Below the pieces are notes generated by a model, which saw only the letters and a list, made by a program, of their open reading frames with translations, did no database searches and had not been told where the DNA came from. Source: Octopus vulgaris (Eukaryota). From it: DNA of 64,000 bases. A program made the position numbers and the translations under genes. The DNA lies in assembly GCA_951406725.2 (NCBI GenBank), contig OX597823.1, forward strand, positions 54,312,001-54,376,000, given 5' to 3'. Each line of letters begins with the position of its first letter. The stretch's first letter is position 1. Positions 52,620 to 64,000 of this stretch are shown piece by piece.

Positions 52620-53170
52620 TCTTTTCCATCTGGGCCTAATTTGTTTTTACTAATTCTTCTTCTCATCATTCCCATCCAAGTAGCCTTTTCTCATCTTTCG
52701 GATACAACTTGGCTACTACACAAGTCCATGAGGTGTCTGTGAACCTTGCAACATGTCCAAACCAGTGGAATTTATGCATTTAGTACTCTGCAACCACCTC
52801 ATTCACTGTTCATCAATTCTCAATTTACCTCATCTTGAATATGCTCTTACCATGATAGTCATTGTATGGATCTTTCCATGCCACTTTACATCATAGTCAA
52901 TTGATGTTCTTTCCTCTTCATAGTGGCCCACATCTCACCTGTACACAAGAGCACAGGTCAAGTGGTACCACCAAAGGAACTGTCATTAAAAATCAAGCTA
53001 TTTCTAAATTGCTATACCCAGCCTTCATAACCACAATAACAACATGCCTCTTCATTTCTCGAGTAAGCTGAGGATCTGCCATTATTATTTTCTGAAACAA
53101 AGATTATACAGAGTTAGCAAAAGAAGCTTCTGTTTTGCCTTGAACACATCTTTCATCAAGGTAAATGTCT
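52620..53170 (-). mobile_element. Decayed RTE LINE fragment
   Basis: Homologous to 21085-21690 (CCTTGCAACATGTCCA corresponds to GHVAR). Confidence 0.6.
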
Positions 53171-54194
53171 TGTAATTTGGATATATATATATATATTAGA
53201 TAAATTGTATTGTATATACCTGGTAGCTTATCAGTAAAGCACGTTCACTTTCACAGTGTTTGTTGGGTATTTGATTAATGAGAGAGATGGAATATGGAAG
53301 ATACATGATTGTTTATTGATGATTACAATTGTTTTGACCCATCTAGCATTATCTCTCATGGGTGGGATAGTGAACAACTGGTTTAGGAGTATCTGTCAGT
53401 GTAGATGTGTATTTTCAGGTGATTACAAGATGTATCTTGTTAAAATAACATCTATTTCACAAGTTTTCTTCTTGGTATGTGTATAGAAAAGCAGCAAATT
53501 AAGGGATACAGCTTCATTTTTATAGTAGATCAATAAAAGTCAGATGCAGGAAGAAACATATACACAATACAGCAAAAAAAAATATTAAATAAACAAATAA
53601 ACAAACCAGTTAAATATCTGTTATCCACTTGTCTCACTCAAGGTGCTTTAAACTAGAAAGTTTCTTAAATTTGCATATTGCATCTAACTGCTAAGAAGAG
53701 GAAGGCAAAAAGAAAAGTGAAATAATGTAAATACAGAAAATAATGCATCATATGGTACTTAATACAGCAAATAAAAACCAAACCAAATAAAAGTTACATG
53801 AATATAAAAAATAACACTTTTATACTATAAATAAAATATTTTTTCTTTGTTTGTATCCTGTCATGAGTATTTTTGACAACCTGATTTGTACCTGGATCAT
53901 ACAGGTACTTAATCAAAATTTACTCTGTATTTATAATAGTCTGAAATAATTTCTTTGCTTGCTAACTACTGGTGAGATAATAGTTGTTTTCGTCTCAAGT
54001 AAATTGTTTAATTATGTCTGTACATCTGTGAGTGTGACTATTGAGTTAAAATTTTTCTAAGTTGGCAGTGTAAGTGTTTACCCCAATTTTTTTTCTGTTT
54101 ACACACTTTCTGTTTTTTGTCTTAAGCACAGTCTCTTTTGGAGATTTCCCTATAAAAAAAAATCACTCTTAGCTTTGGATAGTTTACATAGGAA

Positions 54195-54542
54195 ATGGAT
54201 TCCTGTGAAATAGCTTTTGATGAAGATAAAAAGGAAACTGAGACTTCTTCAATTACTGATGACATCTCAGTATCACAATGCCAAGACAAAATACAAACTG
54301 ATTTTCGGAGAAGACTTCAAGAAGAATGTAGTCTAATGGAAGAGGGTTCAAGTTCAGAGAACAGAGATGATGAACTGATAAAAACGAAAAAAATTCCTTC
54401 AAAAGACATTATATGCCCTTCAAGAACCCCATCGACATTTCATTGTGATGTTGCAATTTGTCCACAGACAGGGTTACTTTATTGTCCACTGGATGGTCTG
54501 AATGGAATCAATTTTACAGTTGATATAAGACAATCATTACAG
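54195..54542 (+). CDS. Coding exon (alternative N-terminus variant 3, or cassette exon), 116 aa
   Basis: Acidic, non-repetitive MDSCEIAFDEDKKE...IRQSLQ. Donor CAG|GTGTGT, phase 0; the ORF becomes intron-like after it. The TAG at 54189-54191 is both an in-frame stop and a possible phase-0 acceptor. A strong acceptor also ends at 54126. Confidence 0.65.
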
Positions 54543-56689
54543 GTGTGTTTTGCATTAATTTTGATGTGTTATGGTAATTACAGGTTAGTTCTATGTTGTT
54601 ATGTTACTTCAAATGTTTGCAGACTTCATGTTTACAAGAAATCCTGTCAATTTTCTAAACAATCCTCTCCCCTTTACATAGATTGTAAATTCATGTTATT
54701 CATATTGAACTTGGGAGAGAGTATTTCACACATTTACTGCTTTAGCATTCAATTTATTCTGTTAAATGTAATACTTATTTTATTCAAATTGTTTTCAATT
54801 AATCATTCATTATATCGTAACTTCAAGATTCCAATGATGATATTGTATATCTTTAGAATAACATTGTAAGATAGGTGTGAGAGATCAGATGTGGTCAGTT
54901 TGAACATAAAACAGGTCAAATATTTGGGCTGGACATGGTTGATTTGAATGCTAAAAAGTTAAGATTATCAGTTGTCATGTAAATTAGTTAATTTTCTTAT
55001 ATTCATTTGCTTAGCATTAATACATAAAGATACTTTTAAAGATATGTACAAGAAAATATTTAAGAAAATCTATCATCATATTCAATAACATGTATAGAAA
55101 TGCAACCTGTCTGAATGCAGCTCTCCTAATCACCAGCAATATTTGCCTTTATTATCTTTGTTATAATGATTACTTCATGATAATGAATGTTCCAGCTGAT
55201 TCAGTTGACAGAGCGGTGCTCTTAAAATTAATGCGCAAGAGGCTGAGAACTCTACAGACATGCATACCCTTAACATAGTTTTCAGGGAGATTCAGCATGA
55301 TGCAGAGTGGGTCAAGGTTGGTCCTTTGAAACCCACAAAGAATTCATGTGTACATGCGCATGTGTGTGTGTGCGCATGCATGTATGTGTGCGCGCATGTG
55401 TGTGCATGTATGGGTGTGTGCACACATGCGTGTGTGTGTGATATAACTTATGTGTTTGGTTGTTGTTTTTCCACATGTAAAATATAAAATGGTCATTATG
55501 CATTTAGAGGAAGTGGATAACATTGTAAATATTGGATAACATTGTAAATATGTTTAGTGCCTATATTTAGTTCTGTAACATGGTTTCCTATTAATATTTG
55601 GGTATGTATTTATAATAATACTCATACACATATATACATATACTTGCATATATACATATATATAGATGCATACAGACACATATAACAATTACAACAGAAA
55701 ACCTGTTAGGAAAATAACTTTAAATAACATTATCAAATATTGACTGTGTCATATAAGAAGCACTTGTGCTGGTGCCATGTAAAGAACACCCATACTGGTG
55801 CTGCATAAAAAGCACCCGTGCTGGTGCCAAAGATGTTAAATGCTGATGATAACTAGAAAGAAGAAAATAATACCTAAAGATGCTTAATATCTAAAAAAAA
55901 AAAAAACCATTTACCTGAAACAACAAGTTAGGAGCATTATCACAATAAAAATAAGAATTATCAACCAAAACTATCTTTGAATTGTACAGTGGACAAATCA
56001 TTTGTGTTGCAATAATAAATAAATAACAATCTATTTGCAAAGTTTTAAATCACACACTACCCTCCCATTATGTTTTTATCATGTTTTTTTTTCTTTTTGG
56101 TTTCTTTTTTCTCTTATATGTCAAAATTGTCCTTCTGTTTTCATGTTTTGAACATCAGAAATTTGGAATGTTTTATTAGATTTTCTTCTCAGTTATTTTT
56201 TGTTTGTCAAGAAAATACCCAATCTAAATAATGTGTATCCAGTAATGAATGCAACTGTACTGCACACATAATTCTTATTAAAGGTTATGAGAAATTATCA
56301 AAGAATTTTTGTTAAAGCAAAATACCTGAGTCAAATGATAAAAATTACATGAATCCCAATAATAAAAACATTAGTGAAATATTTCGCCACTTTCTATAAT
56401 GATTAGTGAAAATTTTCATACAATAGTTTTTTTCATTTCCTTTTAGTCTGTCTGTGATGAGGTTTCTATATCTCCTCTCTAAATAAAGATACATCTGGAG
56501 GTTTTTTTTTACAAAAACTGCTTTAAAAACCCTTCTCTTCTGTTTTACTACCTTTTGTTTTGTAATGATTCTTGATGGCTGCTCTACTAAAGGAAATATT
56601 TTAAAATTAAGCACCTAATGCTAATGTGAACAGACTATCAAATGTCGTGATATATTGCTGATCACAATGTGCTTCCATTCTTTCTTTGA

Positions 56690-58070
56690 ATATACTTTTC
56701 TCATCTTTATGGGTCAATATATTTTGAACATTTCATCTTCTCATTATGAAGGAGGTTTTCCAAGTGGTCTTTTCTGATCCCTTGGATACCACTCAACAAC
56801 AAGTTTATCTATTGTCTGTGATCCTTGCAACATGTCTAACCCAGCAGAACTTGTGTCTTTTGGTATTCTGAAATCACATTGTTTACTTCACTTCATGCTC
56901 AAATTATCTCATTTTGGTTATGGTCCTGCTACGATATTCTTTGCATAGCCCTTTCCATGGCCCTCTATGTGGCAGTTTGTTACTGTTCTTATTTCTTTGT
57001 GGCAGCCCATAACTCTCTTCAGCGCTGCATTTACCTCAATACTGCCAAAAGCCTTTACATAATCAACGAAGTTGACCCAAAGAGGCAGTTAGCACTCTTT
57101 CAGTCATTGCAGAAGCAGTGTTAGAGTGATCATTCTTCCAAAAACCTGTTTGTTCCCTTGGTTGCTAGTCAGCAAAATATTTCAGTCTGTTGCCTAAATA
57201 GCTTGTAGATATGAGACAATAATAGTTTGTTAAATTTTCTCTATCACCCTTCTTATAAAGTTAGTCCTCATTACTCTGTAAGATGAAAAGGCCAGTATCC
57301 TGGTTTCTCTGGTGAATATATTCCTCCCTAAATGGGTTGCCAGTCTATCACCAAATTACTCATTTTTACCAGCTGAATGGACTGGAGCAACATGAAATGA
57401 AGTGTTTTGGTCAAGAACACAACACATTGCCCAGTCCAGGAATCAAAACCACAATCTTATTATCATGAGTCCAACACCCTATCCACTATGCCACCATGCA
57501 CTGCCACTCATCTTATAAAGCAAGATTATATTTCACTCCTTCCACAGCAAGAGTGTTTTTCTCTCTCAAATATCAATTGAAACATGGATCAAGGACTTCT
57601 TGCTCTCTTCCCCCACCTCTACTCTTTAGCATTTCTGTTGTTACACCATCTTTTCCTGGGGCTTTATCTCTTCATCAACTTTAAAGTATTCTCTGTTTCT
57701 CTGACCAAATTGGGTGGTACTTTTTCCAATACTTGTGACAGTGGAAGATTGGATGTCAATGATGATTTAAACAGATTGGTGTAAAAGGTTTCACTGACCT
57801 TTTCTATCTCCCTTTTTTCCATCAACATAAACCAGTCTTTGTTCTTGAACACCATTACCTCTGATTTATGTAGTTACTTTTCTCTCCTGCATCTCTTTAA
57901 AACTTTCATCTCTTCTGCAACCTACAACAGCTTCTTCAGTCTTTAGTTCTTAAAGTCGCTTTCTGAATGTTGTCTTATTGTCTCACAGAGAACAAAATAC
58001 TCAAGGTTAGCTTCCATGTCCTTTTCCATAGTCTTCCATTTCTTAAGCACTTTCATTTTTCAAAATGAAA
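56690..58070 (-). mobile_element. Decayed, internally deleted RTE LINE interrupted by a SINE (about 57300-57500)
   Basis: C-terminal GHVAR/WYP..KRP region at about 56750-56850. Upstream region EKREIEKVSETFYTNLF...EKVPPNL. Confidence 0.6.
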
Positions 58071-58561
58071 GAATCTCAGAGGAAACTAGGAATATATATA
58101 CATATGCATTTGTAAATAGGTATAATTGCATGTACATATGCACTTATTGAGGAATACATAAATGCAAGTATAATCATGATAACTGGAAACAGTACAAAAG
58201 GTTGATCTCAAGACAATGTGCCTTACAAAAGAGATGATTAAGGACCGAGATATCTGATGCACTTTTATACTCAAGAAGACCTGTCCTCTACACATAGCAG
58301 AATTGATACTGGTGCTGGTGTCACATAAAAAGCACCCAGTACACTCTATGGAGTGGGTGGCATTAGGAAGGGCATCCATCTATAGAAATCATGTCAGAGC
58401 AGACAATGGAGCCTGGTGTGGCTCTGGCCTTACCAGCTCCAGTTAAACCATCTGAACCATGCCAGCATGGAAAACAGATGTTAAATGATGATGATGGTTA
58501 CACATACTTACTTCCTTAGTTATTATCATATTTCTACATAAATGTATATAGAAACATGCAT

Positions 58562-58593
<32 letters not shown>

Positions 58594-59431
58594 GTATGTG
58601 CGCATGTGTGCATGCACATGGAAACAGGACAAGCACCTAATATTGAAAATGTACTCATCCTGTTGCAGGTCTAGAAAAAAAATAAATGTTTATCAACTGA
58701 TACTTGATAGGAAGTACTTTGCTCCAAGCATTTCAAGATTAAGCAATAACTATCAAACATCATATGCAAGTAAAGATATCACTGGAAAATTCAATTTATA
58801 TATTCATATCCGTTTCAAAAGACGTTTTTTATCTTAATTTCATGAATTTTTCAATGGCAAAAAAAAAAAAGGTTAGAAAATGTAACCAAATTGAAATAAA
58901 TTCTGTCAAACTTGGGTATAGTTGCATGTTAAGTTTAATAATACATACAGACGCTAACTAATAATTATGAGTCACCAATGGAACCTCTATGTGGTTGCTC
59001 AATCTGCTAGAAATAGGCAAATTTCCTTCGAATCACTCCCTACTATTTTAAATATTGAATGAACACATTTGACAATGTAGTCCCTCATGCCACATATTGC
59101 TATCTTAAAAAAGAAACAACACATAATGTAGCCTTAGAAACTCTGTTTCTGAAAAAAATATAAACTTTGATCATCGTGGTTGGAATGTCTTTGATCATAG
59201 GTTTGCTCAATCAGGGCTGCCCTAGGAGAAGACATCAACAATAAATCCTTAGTCCTTAATGTTAACATATAAGTGTGGGTATGGCCGTACTGTGAAAAGC
59301 TTTCTTTCAAACCACATGCTTTCAGGTTCAGTCCCACTGTGTAACACTTTGGGCAAGTGCCTTCTGCTATAAGCTCTAGGACAACCAAAGTCTTGTGAGT
59401 GGATTTGGTCAACAAAATTGAAAGAAGCTCG

Positions 59432-59472
<41 letters not shown>

Positions 59473-59483
59473 ATGAATGAGGA

Positions 59484-59873
59484 AAATGGAAAATTGAGTT
59501 AGCAAGAATCTTCATTCAACACAACAATTGTTTTGAAGCATCCTGCATCTGTCCCTTACAAATGGGATATTGCACAGCTAGTTGTGCTGCATCCGTCTTT
59601 GCAGGCTGCGTCTTGTCATTCAAAACATGACACCTGATGAGATGCAGCCTTCAAAGATAAATGCAACTCAACTAGCTGTACAATATCCCACCTATAAGAG
59701 ATAGATGCAGGATGTATTGAAATAATCATTTCAATGAATAAAGATTCTTGCTAACTCCGTTTTCCATTTATGACGTAAATCCAGTAACAGTTATATCATA
59801 ACCATGGATAACATCAGGTAGCCTGAATTTGGTATACTACTAGACATATACCCAAAGTTCAAATAATTACTTT
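59484..59873 (+). mobile_element. Penelope-like hairpin element with long-stem-II hammerhead, inside a composite SINE
   Basis: Arms 59484-59618 and 59634-59769, with a right tail. ACAC-CTGATGA (59634-59640)-GATGC...; the opposite arm preserves (A/G)AAAC-AATT-GTT-GTGT. Confidence 0.7.
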
Positions 59874-60009
59874 ATATATATATAAAATATATATCTGAGT
59901 TTGTCCCCAACCATTACTTGACAACCAATACTGATTTATATATGTTCCCATAACTTAGTGGTTCAGTGAAAAGTGACTGATAGAATAAGTATCAGGCTTA
60001 AAAATAAGT

Positions 60010-60316
60010 TATTTTTTTTATTTATGCACCCTTTTCAAGCTCATGGGCTCAGTTTCCCAGTTTCTATGGCGTATGTGTTCCTCCCAGCTGGATGGGACGC
60101 CAGTCCATCGCAGCGTTACTCAAGAAACAGGAAGAAAAAGTGAGAGAAAGTTGGGGCGAAAGAGTACAACAGGGGTCGCCACCACCCCCTGCTGGAGCCT
60201 CAAGGAGATTTAGGTGTTTTCACTCAATAAACACACACAACACCCGGTCTGGGAATCAAAACTGCGATCCTCCGACCACGAGTCCACTGCCCTAACCACT
60301 GGGCCATTGCGCCTCC
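60010..60316 (-). mobile_element. SINE family F (tail type 2) with 13-bp TSD
   Basis: tRNA-like head, A-rich tail, TSD CTTAAAAATAAGT at 59997-60009 and 60317-60329. Inserted into the C tail of a composite SINE spanning 59273-60420. Confidence 0.85.
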
Positions 60317-61425
60317 CTTAAAAATAAGTACTACAGTCAATCTGTTTGACTAAACCCTTCAATGTAGATGGTGCCCCAGCATGGTTGCAGTTGGATGAGT
60401 GAAACAAATAAAGATAAAATGATATATACACACACACACACATATATAAATATATACACACACATGCCAGAGACGTAAAATGCACCTGTGTTGGTGACAC
60501 GTAAAAAGCACTCGTGCCAGGGACACGTAAAAGGGCATCCATGCCAGTGACATGTAAGAGACACCCAGTACACTCTGTAAAGTGGTTGGGGTTAGGAAGG
60601 GCATCCAGCTGTAGAAACCAAACCAAAACAGACAACTGGAGCCTAGTCCTGCTCTCCAGGTTATCAGCTTCAGTCAAACCGTCTAACCCATGCTGGCATG
60701 GAAAACATGTTATATGATGATGATGATGATAATAATGCATCTTAAATCTGTCACATGCACACAAATACAAAATAATTTTAGAATTTTCACACTAATATTT
60801 CTGTTTCTTTTTATCTGTATGCCTTCATTTCAAACCTTTGCTTGTGTCATATGTCAATATATGTTACATGTCAAATCTGATCTAATCATACCTAAGATGG
60901 ACAACAGCTAATCAGGAATTCTAAATGCAACAGCTAGTATTCATACCTTAGATAATAAGAGAAAACATCTAATTTACGCAACTCTTGACTGTAATTAAGA
61001 ATCTATGTCATCCCACTTTACTGCTTATTTTCTCTATTTGCCTTAAGGGCAGTTCATTTTCATTTGCAACTGCTATTTTTAGTCATTTTGTGTCACCTGA
61101 GTGATGAGACCCCATTTTCTCAATTTATAATTTTCAAATATATTTATAGAAACAGGTGTGGCTGTGTGGTAAGAAGCTTACTTCTCAACCACATGGTTCT
61201 GTGTTCAGTCCCACTGCAAGGCACCTTGGACAAGTGTCTTCTATAGCCGCAGGCCAACCAAAGCCTTGTGAGTGGATTTGGTAGTCAGAAACTGAAAGAA
61301 GCCTGCCATATATAAATATTTGTGGGTGTGTGTGCATGTATGTATGTATGTATAAATTTATATGCAGCTAAGTATATGCCTGGTCATAAAGTGACCAATG
61401 GTTTTAGTGACACATACACGCACAT

Positions 61426-61770
61426 ATTGATCATCAGTGTATCATATATTCGAAAAAGAAGCACAATTTAAAGCATAGAGCTGTAACGTATTTATATGCA
61501 GTTAAGTATATGTCCAGTCATAGAGTGACCAGTGGTTTCACTTGCATAAAGGACTTAGCCCCATGGACGACTCACCAGACTCTAAAACCAAAGAACTATA
61601 TGGCATTTAGTTTTAGAGTCAGTTGAGTCGCCCATGTAGCTAAGCCCTTTATGGATGTGAAACCATTGGTCACTCTGACTGGACATAGACATAACTGCAT
61701 ATAAACACATTACTGTTCTATGCTTTAGAGTGTGCTTCTTTTTCAAATATATGATACAGGGACGATCAAT
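61426..61770. mobile_element. Inverted-arm element with a hammerhead in both arms
   Basis: Arms 61426-61592 and 61606-61770. The - strand reads AGAGT-CTGGTGA...GAAAC-CACTG-GTC-ACTCT; the + strand reads AGAGT-CAGTTGA...GAAAC-CATTG-GTC-ACTCT. Fragments at 61355-61405 and about 47955-48015. Confidence 0.7.
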
Positions 61771-61780
61771 TTATATATAT

Positions 61781-62231
61781 ATATTATTAAAAACTGGGGA
61801 TTTTACCAATAGAATTGCAACTCCTATTTCAGGATAACCTTATTGTATTGAATACGCATGGAAAGTTATATCCAATAAACTAATATAAGCATTTACAAAA
61901 ACTTACTATAAAATTATTTGAAAAATCTATATAACTTACCTGTGGGAAAAGAAGACTAATAACAGGTAAGCTATATAGAATTTTTTCGAATATTTTTTCA
62001 AATAATTTTATAGTATTTTATAGTAGGTTTTGTAAATGCTTATATTATTTTATTGGATATAACTTTCTATGTGTATTCCATACAATAAGGTTATCCTGAA
62101 ATAGAGTGGTGGTTCTATTGGTAAAATCCCAAATTTGTAATAATATTATAAATGATACTGTTTACATTGAATTAGTAAAGTGTAAAATAGTAAATGTCCT
62201 GATAACCTGGAATACTTATTATTCCCTAAGA

Positions 62232-62235
<4 letters not shown>
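61781..62235. mobile_element. Asymmetric hairpin element (no hammerhead visible)
   Basis: Arms 61781-61943 and 61962-62146, right tail to about 62235, (TA)n flanks. Confidence 0.6.
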
Positions 62236-62270
<35 letters not shown>

Positions 62271-62280
62271 TAGATATAGA

Positions 62281-62640
62281 TAAATTAAAAAATGGAGTTA
62301 AATGCAGGTGTTATTCAAATCTTTATACTTCTGTCATATGTTTTGAAGAAGACATTGGTATTATTCCCGATGGAATAAAATAATGTAAAACAATGTAATC
62401 ATCTTGTCAGGGAAAAAAGGAGAAACAAAACACATCAATAAGCTATTTTAACCACCAATGTTTTCTTTGAAACCTATGTCGGAAGTATAAATGTTTGAAT
62501 AACACCTGCATTTAACTCCATTTCTTAATTTATATATGTTATTCAAAAACATTTCACTAAAACCTGGAACTTCTACCTTTATAAGTAGGCTGTAACATCC
62601 TTGGCATTTATGTGAATTTTTGCTACCCTGGTAACTATTT
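62281..62640. mobile_element. Asymmetric hairpin element with degenerate hammerhead
   Basis: Arms 62281-62359 and 62454-62532, with a right tail. The - strand reads TTCC-CTGACAA...; the + arm reads GAAAC-CTAT-GTC-GGAA, giving stem I TTCC/GGAA. Confidence 0.6.
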
Positions 62641-64000
62641 ATATATTTATTTATTTATTGTGTATTATTTGCACACATTGAAAAAATATACATGCATTTA
62701 TATATATATATGTGTGTGTGTTTGTGTTTCTCATTGAATCTAGACTTTAAAGTACATTGGAATATAATACATTTGTTCTTTGTTGTGACTATCATTATGA
62801 TTTTTACAAGATAGATCCAATAAAGGCCATCTTTCTTACATTGTACTCTTATAACCTTTTGTCTTTGTGAACTCCAATAAAAGCAAAGTTATTGTCCTTG
62901 ACATTAAGAATACCTTTAACCATATCATGCTCAAGAATCTTCTGGTAAAATTGCTTAGTTATATGCTCTACTCGTCTGTCATTGTTAGGATAGGAATCTT
63001 CCTTTAATATTGCTGTATTGCAGCACTTTGATACTTGTCAATTTGGCTGTACATCAAGTTCAGTAATATTGCATTTCCTTGAAATCAATGACCTGTTCAC
63101 TATCACTTCTAACAACTTATGCTTCTGCTCAGATGTCATCATCTTCATTCTTCTCAAACTGCCTTCAGGCTTCCATAACAAAACTTAAAGCCACACACCA
63201 GGTATATCCCTTTCATTACTGTATTTATTTTGAGATGCTCTGTGTTTCTTTCAATCGTTTTAAATATAACAAAGAATTTAGTAAAACAATTTAGTTATCA
63301 TTCAGCTAGTGTTAGGAACATAAATTGTGGCTAAGGTTTGGTGGAAGATTTTAATTCAAAACTTATGAAAACAAGATATTTTACCACAGAGCCAGAGCCG
63401 GTTTTGGCCGGGTTAGTAACAAAAGGGATATATAATTGTTTCTTATTTAAGCACAAAGTCAGTAATCTTGGGGAAGTTTAACTGATGACATCAATGCAAG
63501 TACTCGACTGGTAGTTTATTTTGTAGGCTTCAAAAATATGAGAGAAAGTTGATTTTGGCAAGATTTGAATTCAGAATGTAAACAGTAAAAAAAAAAAGAT
63601 TTTTGTTATGTTGTATGATTCTGCCAGTTTGCCGCTTTTTGTATGAATAATCAGTCACATAGTTAAATGCAGATTACATATTTATTGATGTTGGCAGGCA
63701 CTGAACTAAATGTTTTACAATTTATGTGGATGAGAAACTAGCTTCTAACCATGTGCTCTCGGGTTCAGTCCCACCACATGGCATCTTGGGGCAAATGTCT
63801 TCTACTCTAGCCCTGGGCCGACCAAAGTGTTGTGAATGGAATTAGTAGATGGAAGCTGAAAGAACTCTTTCATATTTGCATAATTGTGTGTGTGTGTGTG
63901 GATATAGCTAGATAGATATTCATACATACATGCACAATTATATACACATACATATATATTTATTATATATACACACATTCCCGGCCGATGCACAAGGATT

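Noticed and set aside
54543-54869. Hydrophobic C-terminal half of the 224-aa ORF
   Set aside because: Lies after the GT donor, is T-rich and overlaps a MITE; probably intron read-through.

Overview
AT-rich, microsatellite-dense eukaryotic DNA. The SINE and repeat repertoire looks like a coleoid cephalopod, probably Octopus; this is my inference from recalled families, not a database result. Nearly all ORFs in the supplied track are microsatellite artefacts. The real coding content appears to be the 5' part of one large + strand gene of unknown identity. It has three acidic, ATG-initiated exons (3953-4702, 38492-41575, 54195-54542) and a 42-nt microexon (33356-33397). All four end at phase-0 GT donors, which suggests alternative N-termini spliced to shared exons beyond the window. 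The 3.1-kb exon encodes about 30 copies of a 26-aa repeat with a 78-aa higher-order unit. The introns hold several tRNA-derived SINE families with swapped modules, decayed RTE, Tx1/L1 and R4/Dong LINE pieces, Tc1/mariner relics, hAT- and piggyBac-type MITEs, and a Gypsy 3' end with its LTR. The most striking unexplained structure is about a dozen short non-coding elements from roughly eight or more unrelated families, mostly inserted in (TA)n. Most form an asymmetric hairpin (two inverted arms plus a one-sided tail), and most carry a type I hammerhead ribozyme core (CUGANGA...GAAAC-short loop-GUH). This is the signature of Penelope-like pLTRs or retrozyme-like non-autonomous elements.
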